This document shows, piece after piece, positions 24,402 to 36,399 of a stretch of 64,000 nt of DNA; within the stretch, counting starts at the first letter, position 1, and each line of letters opens with the position of its first letter. This DNA comes from Phyllosticta citribraziliensis (lineage: Eukaryota). Below the pieces are notes generated by a model. It was not told where the DNA came from and ran no database searches. It worked only from the letters and a program-made list of their open reading frames with translations. The stretch lies in the NCBI RefSeq assembly GCF_038025025.1, contig NW_027117349.1, positions 248,001-312,000 of the forward strand. The letters run 5' to 3'. The position numbers and the translations under genes are program-made.

Positions 24402-27400
24402 AAGAGTTCACCAGGAAGAGAATGAGGGGGAAAATCCAGTGAATGCTATATGAAAGGGGAAAAGGGTCAGCTGAAACATGGAGGTTCAATTCGTGACTGC
24501 CTCTCCTTTCCAGACATCAGAGAAGTGCGCCCTTTGCGGCATCACCAGTTCCCTACGGAGGGTAACTGGATGACGACTTTCGGTTTGAAGAACGGGTAAA
24601 AAGAATACGGAAGGACACTCTCTTCGAAAATGGTATATGGTTGGACAAAAGGTCAGGATGGCTACACTCGGTTGAAGGAAAGGCTAAAAGCTTTAGGAAT
24701 TCGATTTAGATACATTTTGGGATAATGGACAATCTTGATGCTTGGACATTATGACTGACGGCAAATCAACTGTTTATGATTCTGTCGATACTTCCAGAAA
24801 TTTCTCGCTTATGATGCCATTTGGCTATACTCCTTGAAAATCAAAGGAGTCTTCTCAATTCATCCATCACAGTGTGGTTTTAAGTCTGGAAATCATGAGA
24901 CACTGGATGGATGCATATCTAGTGAAAAAATACGTTGGTTCGGGGTTTGTCGAATTACTGCCCGTCTTCTCCTCTCTTACGGCTACTTTGCCAGCTTCTG
25001 TGGGCTGAATCCTATTTTATTGCTCTGGCCCAGCCAGCGCCTTGCGCTCTGTGACATAGGATTGAATCAATCTCCCCTCAAAAAAAGCTCTACACTGACG
25101 CGCTCTGCACCGATATTTCCGTTTCCAGTAACAATTTCGCTGATACTTCCATCATCACCAAGGACCAAAGGCCATTTTGGGCTTTGGAGTCAGTTCAAAG
25201 CACAGATATACGACCCCTTGCTGGTCAACGCGTAAATAACTGAACCTGGACAGTCCCAACAAGTGTCGAACACGTGCAGTATCCTCAGCCATCGTTTCTC
25301 GATCTAGGGGATCAAAAGTTCTATCACATTCACAAGTGGTTGAGATGGCTTGATCGTATGATGTTCCAGCACTTGGTCCATCCCAAGGTGCATCTTTTCC
25401 GATATAGCTGGTTGTCTGACTCGATGAATAGCAGCTAGACCCCTACGTGGAAGGGATCGATGGCGTTCTTTGGCCCCCATCTACCTCCTCGGAAACCAAA
25501 AGGCCATGAGGCCATGCCACTGCATCACAGGACTCGAAGAGCTTCTGCCAGGAACCATATTGGTGGCTCAGCAGGGCCGACGATGTGATCTGCCATCGCT
25601 TAGACGGGTGAACAAAGGCCATCTGAGCGCACCTTGTAGAGGATGGATGAACGAGCCAACTTGGCACGAAAAGAGGAACCACGAATGGCGAAGCGAGATT
25701 ATGGCTGATTCGCCTCGTCCCGTGGGCCAACCCAACGAAGGAATCGCTCCACTCGATGCCCTCTTGCCGATGCCCAGATACGAAAGAATGGTCAGCCTGC
25801 CCGAGCCCAGCGCGCACGCCGACGTAACCAAGATCTCGCATAGAAGACTTTGTGCATGATCGGTACGCGCTGAAAGAAACAGCCCATCTCACAGCGGCTC
25901 TGCAGGGAAGGCTGATCGGAACCGTATCACGGGTCTCCCAGCGCCATGGGCAGAAGGATTCAAAAACCAAAACCGCGCACGCACTTGTCGTCAGCCTCGC
26001 TCGTATCTCACAAGGCATGCAGCTGGCAATGCTCATGACTGGCGCAAATGGATCAAGGACGGCGCCTGCAGCGGCGCTCTCGCAAAGGAAGGAGTCTCAG
26101 GCCGAGCCAAAGTCGCATGTCTCATGTGGTGTCCGGATTCGTCTCGTTGCATATGGTGCGTGCTGGCAGTTGGTCCTCAACAACGGTTTTGATCCGCCAT
26201 CTGGCGCGGCTCAGGCAGCCCGGCTGTCTCTACACTGTATCCGAGTCGTGCGGTTCCTGCTTGACTTGATTATGAATGGTGGTGATTCAGGAGGGGGCGA
26301 ATTGAGAGCTTTGTGTTCAACTGTTTCAGCGCCATTGTCCTGAATTGTCGCCAGCCAGAACGGCCGCTGTAGCAACGCCTTGAGCGCAGCATTCCGAGTG
26401 GCCAGAGACATTGCCCAGCACGTCGTATGTGCGACCATGTACCCTTCCGCTGACATCAAACCCCCGGGCGATTGGTGAGGGGAAGTCCATGGCCGCGACA
26501 TGGGAGACGCCATCCGACATCCGCCTGCAGACTCATCTCAACACGGCAGAGGGCGCCTATCGCAGATACCACAACCCTGCCTCTCCCTCGAGACGACCGA
26601 AAGAGACCAAGACGAGGCTCCGTCGCGAAGATGGTAAGACTGGCGCAAGCAGACGGGTGGCAGCGAGCGCGCCGGGAATGCGCGCCATGTTCTCCGCGCC
26701 GGGTGAGGCAGCCACGAACGGACATGTCGCGATGCATGCGGTTCCATCTGGATTTCGAACATCTGGCGTGGGATCAGTGAGTCCGCCCATCGTTACACAG
26801 CGATGGCCGCCGGCGCGTCCCCGGGAGCAAGACGACGGTTACGGTCGATGGCAGGGTCGACGGCAGAAGCACTGACGAGCCAAGAAGACGTACTCCACTG
26901 CCTCTTCACTGCGCCACTTGCGATCCTGGTTACATGAGCGGCAGCGGCCATGAGCAGGCAAGAGGGCAGCGGAGACGGCGCAAATCGATCTTGCGTGCAT
27001 CGTCCGGCTTGTGTGCAGAGTGAGACTTGCAGAGAACCGCCAGCGCTTCCCACTGGCTGTACCGGTCGGGCGGGACGGGCAGGGCGATCCGCGCGGTTCT
27101 TTTGTTCCGTATATCCATGCGCGACGAGGTGTTGAAGTTTTGCGAAGCCCCCGAGGAGGATGGAGGTGGGTCGATTCGAACGAGGCCGCGTGCCGCTGCA
27201 AGCAGGCTCAGGAGCGGAGCGATCTGTGGCTAGGACAGGGCAACGGAGGTCAGATTATTGGACATTCAGATCGCCAGGGACTGGGTGATTGCGAAATATC
27301 GTGGAGCGCGGCGTCGGGAGAGGACGAAGGCCCCTGGTGAGCCCCTACTAGTGCCGGAGGGAGGACGACACGGTTGCGGGCAACGTCGTAACAGGGTCGT

Positions 27401-28789
27401 CCAGCGCGCGCGCAATGGCAGGAATGCGATCGATTGGGTGCTGATTGATTTTCTGCCATGATGAGGCTCCGGCGAAGTTGAAGATCAGAAGGGAACGGCG
27501 AGCCGATGCCGACACACAACCAACGGAACGATCCGACGAGCGCGCACTGGCGGAGATTACCGCCAACGTCTGCCCCGGGCCATCATCCACAACCACAACT
27601 TGACCTCACCTTATTCTTTCTCCCTACCCACCTGCCGCCGCGTGGTGTCGTTGTCGGTGATCAGAGTCCATGCCGGATCCAATAGTCCACGCGCAAAAGT
27701 GATCCACACGTCGTTGATCCTGCTCTCTCCAATCCAGTGCACTGCGCAGCGCCTGTCGAAGCCCGCCAAATCGTCCAAACATACCGTCACTGACTCGACC
27801 CTTTCGGATGAAAATTTGTCAGTCCGTCTCCAGATTTCCGCAAATGGCGACTCGAGCAAAAGTTTGCCTGCCAGAGAGGGCATGCAAACGGCCGGCACCT
27901 GGGCCAATTGGCCGTCTTTGCCGTCGAGCTTGCGCGATGCTTCCCTTTGTAGATTCACCGGTGGCCGACGATAAATGTGACAGAATCAGAGGTGAGTCGA
28001 GACTCTGTCCAGCTCAACACCATAGCTGATGTACTCAACAGTGCAAGCATTCGACGTACCCTAACCGCCGCGGGCAATTTGCCTTCCAATGACAGACATG
28101 GTGCTGAAACAATAGCCTCTATTATGCCCTCTAGAGAGAGACGAAACTCGAAGAAGAAAACAGAGCTAACCTTTCTTTGGGAGCATCGTCCCCACACTTA
28201 CGTACTCTCCCATCTCTTCTATCCAAGACCTCTTGGCCAAGACCAACGGCCTTCGAGATTCCCCGTCGCCCTACCGGCTACGCGTGCCTCTGATCGTGTC
28301 GGAGATCCGCGCCGTTCGCGCCTCCAGAGCATCGATGAGGAAAGCTTAGCCGCCAAGGAGAAGCAGAACGCTACATCTCCGTCCACTCCACCTCCCGTCT
28401 TCCCCCATCGCCTTCCGTCCATCTGAAACCTCCACGACCTCGGTACTGGACTCTTCCCGCTCTCCTCCTGCGTGGCTTTGGGACATTGCGCCGCATCTCC
28501 CGTCCCGCCAGCCACGGCCTCTGCGAAAGATCTGTATCCTGCCCATCTGGTGTTGACCTCCGCGCCTGAGCCCCCTGGGCTGCGGTCTAGTCATGTCTAT
28601 TCGTAGTTCCTCCCTGACACGGGGAACGGCGGATGTGATCGATCACTCCCTCGCGGCGGCCGGCTGGCGGGCCTAGAAGAAAAATCGGATCTCGAGATCT
28701 CACCGAGCACTCGCACTCACCGCTGCCTTGTCTGCTTGCCTCTCCACCATCTCATCATCTCTCTCTCTCGTTGCCTTTGTCTACTCCAA

Positions 28790-28952
28790 TACCCTCAGTC
28801 TTTGAATGCCTGTCTCTTCTCTACTACCCTCAGTCTTGCTTTCCTGCCCATTCTCTACTACCCTCAGTCCTACTTTCCTGCCCATTCTCTCCTACCCTCA
28901 GTCTTGACAGCCTCTATTTTCTCCACCCGCAAACTTGACTACCTGCCCTTCT
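28790..28952. repeat. Minisatellite, ~34-35 bp unit, 4 copies plus 1 degenerate
   Basis: TACCCTCAGTC recurs at 28790, 28825, 28859 and 28893, followed by variants of TTGCTTTCCTGCCCATTCTC. Confidence 0.85.
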
Positions 28953-30149
28953 CCACTATACCTAAAATTTTCACTGCCACCATTGCCCGCTGCCCTCTGT
29001 CTACATCTATCTCTATCCACTATACTCAACGCCCTGGAAAACCATACCCATGAATCGATCAAGTTTTTTTTTCTTTCTTGCTCCTTTTGCTCCTTCCCGC
29101 GCGCGCGCGTTGCGATCTCCCCTCCCCCCATCTCACCGGCCTCTCGTATCTCGTATCTTGTAACCCGGCCTTCTGCTCCGCCCGTCATCGTGATCGTGAT
29201 CTTCGTCTTCATGCTCTCCTCCTCCTTCCCTTCCTTCCTTCCCTTCAATTTCCCGATTCGCCGATGGTCTCGATCAAGTCCAGACGCATACAGACCCGCG
29301 GTCCGGTCCAGACTCGCCGCGTTTACTAAAAGCAGTCTTGCTCCCCCGCGCGCGCGCGCGCGCTCTCCCTCTGGCCCGCTCCAGACGCGCCGTCTCTCCT
29401 CCGGGCGCCTAGGCGTGTGCTACACCGACGATGCTTTGTGATCAGCTCCATCTCCGCGTCTGTTTGGCTGTCTATCTTGTGTGTGCTGTCTCAACGGCTT
29501 GGGCGTCTCCATGCGGCCCCGCTCCGCCCCGCCCGCTGGCCCTGCACGTCGTCCCTCCCTCCATCCCTCGTGCCTGCCGGGAACATGTTGCGCGATGATG
29601 TGCATGCGGGAGGTAAGAGGTGGTCTTAGGACCGCCCGGCAGCTACCGCCATGGTGAAGGACTTGTCGCATTTGGCGCCGCGGTGTGTTGGTATGGCCGA
29701 GGTGCGAGGTTGAGGACTTTGGTGGACGGAGTAATCACTTGCCGACCTACGTAGCCATGATCATGATAGTGATGTGGATTTTGCCGTGCGTGCAAACTGC
29801 CGTCGACCTAAGGATGTGCAAAGGCTCAGTGTTTGACGGGCAGTGAGTGTTGTGCGTCATCCGGTTAGACAAACCGCCGCAAACACAGAAACAAGACACA
29901 TCGATGCAGTCGAATTATGCACTGTAGCCACTCAACCTTCACAGTGAGCGGTAGACATGGCAACACAAACAACGCATTCATCGTCCCATCTCCAACATTC
30001 ATAGCTGAAGCCAATACACCTCCAAGTGACCAAGTGAGGTGCCAGTGTCGCCACCACGCGGCGGCAGCGCCACGCAGTCTCAGTTGACCCAAAGAGGGAC
30101 GCCGAGAACCAGAAAGAGAGGGGGAAGGCGGTTCTCGTCGTAGCCTCGC

Positions 30150-30243
30150 TGACTCACACCTCTCTCGCCTTCCACGCAAGCTGTGTTTTCCCTCTTCCCC
30201 CCCTTCGCGCAGCACAATGGGTAGCCAATGAGTCAGTGAGTCA
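30150..30243. promoter_or_regulatory. Cluster of three TGASTCA (Gcn4/CpcA/AP-1 type) sites
   Basis: TGACTCA 30150-30156, TGAGTCA 30229-30235 and TGAGTCA 30237-30243. CCAAT at 30225-30229 abuts the tandem pair. Confidence 0.45.
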
Positions 30244-33200
30244 TGGAATAGACGGTTTGGGTTGGATTCGCCACTCGCTCGCCCACCCGCATGCACGCAC
30301 ACAGACAGTCCAAACCCACCCGCTCGATCGAATGTAACAAGTCGAACAGACAGACAGCCAGACCAACAAAGCGCGCAAATGTGATAGCTTCACCTCCTCT
30401 CCCCTCCCTGCTGGTCCAGAGTCTCCGAGTTCCGACGTCTCTTGCAGTTCCGTTGCCACTTGGGTTGCACACTCGGCCCGGGTAGGGTAGGGGAAGTGGA
30501 TGCGGGTGTGATGGACAAACGGAGGGACGGACCGAGTGCAGGGAGAGAGAGAAAGGGAAAGGGAAGTGGGGAGGATGGTATGGGAAAGAGATGCAAAGAG
30601 AAGAGGTAGGTTTGTACAACCAACAAGTCACCTGGAGCGGAGAAAATGCGAGCTGCTTTGGCCGGGGCTAGCGTAGATGGGATCGGTCAAAGTGACTCCA
30701 GAGTAGACTGTACTGTGTGATGGACGCAAAGATGCGGAAATAGCGCTAGTAGCACTCGAGTGTCTCCTAACATCGGGTTCTCTCTCGCAATCAAGTGAAC
30801 AATCTGTGGCCATGTCTTGCGTAAGACAACCCCGTGTATTTGCCACCCACTTACCTGTACTCTTTCTCCCTGCCATGACCTTTGATAGCCGGACCGTACA
30901 ACGGTATAGTGTGATTTAGAGCCGTGCATTGCGGTTGAGGCAGGCAACACCAAACACTGCACCATTCCCTCTCTTCCCCGTCTCCCGCCCATTCCGCTAT
31001 CAGCAATTCAATCACTCACTTCAAGAAACAGGGAGGGAGGGGGTTTCGTCCCGCCGCGCCGTCCCGCCCCGCGCCGTTCCGGCCCATGGCGTTCAAGTTT
31101 CATCAATCTGAAACCAGACGGCTACCGAAAAGGGACATGGCTCAGGGCGTGTACGGTGCTCTTAGACCCGGTGCTTGGCCATAGCAGATGATGCTTGTTT
31201 TGGGCGTTGTTGTGCGTTACTTTGTTGTGAAAGGGGGGTCCCAGAGAGGTGGAATTGAACGGATGGGACCAGGGCCGGGAGGCATGTTGCAAGATCCGCT
31301 CGCTGACGGCTGCTGCCGCTGTGCCATCAATTTGCCGCAGTAACGCGTGTGTCAGAGTTGAAATCTAGAACCGACAGCGGAAAGTGCCAGCCCGAGAATT
31401 GCGCAAAGTCAAAAACTCAAATCAGTCCCTGGGCTTGGTCGAGGCTTGACCAGATTACTCAAGTACCCTTCATCGAAGTCAGAAATGTGACACGATGGGC
31501 GATGAGCGGTGCAATCGCGAACGGTAGCGACAGCGTGACGAAAAGGGCCACAAAAGCGCCAGCTGAAAGGTTAATAGGCGAGAGTAGACGAGAAAATCAG
31601 GGTCACCATGCAGCAAGAGGTATGGGGTAGCGAGGGTCCTGACAAAGGCGCAGCGAAAAAACGCGGAGGGACTGACGTCCAAGGCGAAGGACCGGCCCGC
31701 GATTTGTACGTTTGATCGCGGTGCTCGGGGAGTCGCGCGGATCGAAGGTGTTCTTGACTAAAAAACGACGAGAAAAGACGGACAAGAGTGACGATTTTGG
31801 TCTGTCTTTGTCCGTCATTTCCAACGGGGGTGATTGACGGGATGGATGCCTGAGAAGTCGGCCCCGTGGGCTGAGAAGTGAGGGTCCAGGTGGGGCCGTC
31901 GCGTCGACGAGCCGGCTCGCCTATAGCCGCGAGTCGACCGGGCTGCGTCGTCAAGCTGTGAGGCTATTCCAACCATGGTCCAGACGCATTGCTTGTCCCG
32001 ATCCAGGCGCGTCGCCCTGGGGAAACGTGGCGTTGTAGATTTACATGCCGTTTGCGGCGCTTCTTTGCGCGTGGCCGAGGTTCGCGGTCTCTTGGGTTTG
32101 TCGTCACAAGTTGCGCCGGCTCGGCCAAACGAGAAATTTTTCATGGTAGTGGCAGCATGGACATTTCAGCCACAGTGCAGGTAGCACAAAGGTGCGATTC
32201 CTCGTCGTTGTCAAGGCCATCTGCCTGAAGACATTTACGTCTTTCTTCAAGTATCTTCCAGCATCGCCGGATTCAACACCAGCTGCAGCGCGCGCTTGCA
32301 CACAACAAAAAGACAGTCCCGACGAAGAGGGGCGGGGCGGGACAAGAGTGATGGCGGGGTTAACGTGAACGTTGAAAATCCGGATCGGAACCAGCCGTTG
32401 GGCCATGTGGGGCGATCTAGCAACGCTGCGGCGGTGCTTTGGTTGCGGCGCGGCATCGTGACGAGCAGTCGGCAAGACGCTTCTGATAGAGCCTGGTCCA
32501 GACCATGACAAAGACGCGTCGGGAATTTCCCCCAAAGCATGACGAGAATCAACGTCGAGTCTTGGCTAGTATTATCCCGATGTTCAACGGGGAGGCTCGA
32601 GGGGGTGGATTTGATTAGATGGTACCAGGGGTTTTGATTGAGAAGGGTTCCGACGATGGGAAGATGCTGGCGAAGTGCGTTGAGATGCGATCTGCAGACG
32701 ATGGTGGTTGGAATGACGATGCGAGGGTCGTTGTGGTCGTGGCCCAGGGGCACGTGCGCTGCGGGTGATGCGGCGGGGGGAAGAGGAAGCGTGCTTCCGG
32801 TCTGAGAGGCTTGCCGGGGTTGCGACGCGACCTGGTGGCCATTGAGAAGAGGCGGGTTACGACAATGTCGAATGAAGGGACTGCGAGGCTCATGAGCGAG
32901 ATGGACGATGCGACAAATTTGGCAAGAAGGATTGCAGGTGCATATGCAGGGGGGGATGGGAGCGATGAGCGCAACCGACCTGGAAGGGGCATCGACTCCG
33001 AACCCGTAGGGCAGGCGACGAGAAAAGGGCACCGGATGGACCACAGGTCGGGGACGCGATGGAAACGCAACAAATCAAAACGAAGCAAACACGGATCTCA
33101 GACTCTCAGGGCTTTGCAGAGGGCGGACGTGAAGGGAGGGCAATATCCGACATCAGTCGAGACCCGAGGGCGCGGGATGCAAAGCGCAGTGAGCTACCTG

Positions 33201-36200
33201 CACTGGGCTGGTGGTGTCTATGACGAAATTCGCAAGGCGAGACCTGGATGATGCAGCGTGAGGTCGTTGGAGTAGGAGGCCGGTGTGTGTGATTCAGCCA
33301 AGCAACGAGCGACGAGCGACGGGCGGGACGTTGCGGTGGCGCCCTGTCGTCGACCTAAACCGGACCGGACCTAGCGGCGGGCGGGTGGACGGGACAACGC
33401 CCTGGCCTGACCCGGCGCAAATCGCTGCCCTGCCCTGGCCCCAACCAAGTCACGGCACCTCTCTCTTGCACGTCCACGTCCTCCTCTCCGTATGTAGCCA
33501 TGTTGTGAGCCCTGGTCCGAGACACGCCGAGATTCTTGCTCCTTTGGCATCGCTGCCCTGGGTCCAGCATCGTGAGTGCGAATCTGGTCCGTATGCGGTA
33601 ATCTAGAGCCCTGTTAGACATGTTCAGAAAGGAAATGGCACGTGCTGCATCTCTGACGATGCTTGCGGGGCCGAAAGGACTGGAGAAGCTCTTCGATCCA
33701 CCCACGAATGCCCTGTGCCAATCAGCTGTCCTGGGCCGCGGAGCTCGGCGTCTGCCCACCAACATGGCCTCTGAATTTGGTGCAATTGTCTGCTCTCACG
33801 GACCAGAAGTCGCTGGATTTGGACATTGGGCCGCCACAGAAACAACCAAGAGAGAAGAAAAGAAGAAAATAAAAATGTCGCGGCTCGCATGACGTGCAAA
33901 GGGCTGTGGCTAGCTGATGTGAGGGCCAAGCAAGGCTCTGAGATGGCCGGTGCCTTTTTGGACGTGGAGCGATCGAGCAGGCGCGCATGCTATTCTAGGC
34001 TTCCGCAATCAATCTGGTGGGCTGCGGTGCTGCTCGAGGCAACATGTCGAGAACAGGAGGGCATGCAGTCTGCCGCGGAGGGCCTTCCCAAACGGAGCGA
34101 GGTTAATATCAGTAGATTCAGAGAAGGATAGCAAGCAGCGAGGCCTGTGGGTGAACCGGGCGGGTAGCAGCAAACCGCGCTTCTAGATGGGGAGAGACAC
34201 AGGTTACAGCGCAGGGCAGGGCATTTGCGGTGAGGCTGGGCTTTCAGGCGGTGATGGTGGTGGAGGTGGGTGTGGTGGTCGTCGTGGTCGTGGTGAAACC
34301 GGGGCAGGATGACGGCAGCCGGGCTGGCGTGATGGGGTTCCAGAGGGAGAGGGAGAGGCGCCACGGTTGCTCAAGGATGCATGGATGGCGGGCGCAGAAT
34401 CGTGAGCGACCGATTTGGAGGACGAGGGCAGATTCTGTCATATTGGCGTGGCTCATCATGTCAGGGTCTGTTTGTAGATGGAGTAGGCGTGTGCGTCGGG
34501 CGGGCGGGCGGGCTGGTGTTGCGGGTGGAGCTAGTGCAGGTCCCTACTCGGATGGTCAGGTCAGTTGTAGAGGCAGAGGCAGTTCGATAGGTGGGCGTTG
34601 GGCCGGGGAAGCGGCGCGTCGTCGGGTGGGTGGATCTGGCCAGGACGACGAGTGAAACAGGAAAGCTACCCCAGATTGCGTCAAGACCTCTCGAAGACGC
34701 AACGAAGGCCCAGCGGTCGGGTTGTGTGCGATGCAAGGCGCGTTGGTGTTTCAAGCAGGCAGATTCGGAGCGGAAGGGAGCCAGAGCAGGCGGGGAGCGC
34801 ATGAGCGATGGCGTGGGCGTGGGCGAGAGCGGAGGGCGCGCCCAGAGCAGAGAGGGTTTTGTTCACACTGTGGCTCTGAGCGGCCCGAGACTGTGGGACG
34901 ACGGTTTGAAAGGATTGTGCATCGATCGGGCGAGGGGGCAGGCAGGGGGAGATGAGATGATGGGGGACATGGCCGGAAGCGGAAGGACGAGATGAAGCTG
35001 TGGAGGACGAGGACGAGGACGAGAGGTGGTGGTGGGCAGGGGGCGTACTGGACAGGCAGGTGGGCAGACAGGGGGTCATCGACAGGGGGCTGGGGGGCTG
35101 GGATGAGGCCTGTCGCGTGGCTGCAGGTCAATCCCATCGACCCAGAGTGTCGGGAATGGCTGTGGCTGCCGTGCGTCTGTGGGAAAACCAAGTGCAGTGA
35201 GAACGGAAGCAAGTGGTATGATGAGGCCCCGGTGCCTGGACGACGGGCGTCTGCCGTACGCTGTGGCGACGCCCGCGCCCACGGTAAGCCATGTCTTTGT
35301 CTTTGCGCTTCGCATCGTGAGCCCAGGTGAGGTGAGCTGCCCGGTGCAGCTGATGTGGCCAGTGCCCGCGTCCGTGGCGCCTCCCACACGGCCCGCCTCT
35401 TCCATCTCGACCGCACACCACACACCACACACCACTCCACATGCGCCCGTCCCAGAACACCACCCTCCCCCAAAAGAAACCATTACATTTTCCACCATCG
35501 TGGCTCGCCCATGCCAGTGGGTCGCCGATGCCTGCTCCCGACCTCAGCTTCTCCTCCAGCCCGCCAAACCCTAGAGCCCGCCCGTCGCCCTCCAAACCCC
35601 ACGCGCGAGCCGATGGGCCAAATCCGGCCGCCGCCGGACGGCTCGCACGCACTGCGCTGTGTCAGTCGGCCGTGGGCGACCAGGCAGCGAAGGGGGAGTG
35701 GAGAGGAAGAAAGAAAAAATGGGAGGAAAAAAAAAAAAAAGAGAGAGAGAGAGAGAGACGCAGTCGAGGCAGATCTCTCATCTCCAAGATCCAACCCAAG
35801 CCCGCCCTCCCACGCACGCTGAGACGTCGCCTTCGTAATGCCATGGCCATCGGCCACTCGAGCCTCTGTGCGCGCTGCAATAAGCACGCCTCGCGACCCA
35901 TCGTCCACCTACCCACACTCATTGCCCGGACCCTGACTGACCACCCTCCCACTCCGTCCGATTGACCAGCTCCGCGCCCCTTGACCCTGTCGGCAAACCC
36001 TATGCCCACTTTCATCAGTCGAGATGCGCCCCGATCCAGGGCCGTGCCCGTCCCCCCGGTCATCCACCACCACCTTCTGGTCCCCCCCGGCCTCTTGCTC
36101 CGTCATCCTCGACCATCCCTGCCGCCAGTCCAGAGCCCATCTTGTGTATAAACTGTCCTCACGCATCAACCGCCATCAACTCTTCGATTAAGCTCCGCCA

Positions 36201-36304
36201 CAGCCTCTCCCTCCTCCGTACAACCCAAAGACACCTGTCCAACCGTCTTGTACTTGTACTCGCACACACCCGCCTCTGCTCGTCTCGCTTCCTTGTTTCA
36301 ACCA

Positions 36305-36333
36305 CCCCCCCCCCCCCCCCCCCCCCCCCCCCC
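36305..36333 (+). repeat. C29 homopolymer in presumed 5'UTR of the Azf1-type gene
   Basis: 29 consecutive C, between TATAAA (~36147) and ATG 36400. Confidence 0.9.
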
Positions 36334-36399
36334 ATCAGTCACACAGCATCTCCTCTCCACACGCCTCTGGTATCATCTTGTCTTTCACAACCTCTCAGA

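Noticed and set aside
28790..28952. CRISPR-like reading of the repeated core with variable intervals
   Set aside because: Eukaryotic context, the intervals resemble each other, the core is only 11 nt and there are no cas genes. It is a minisatellite.
35472..35479. AAAAGAAA as an Azf1 autoregulatory site
   Set aside because: Single low-complexity match in a window rich in A/G runs; not distinguishable from background.
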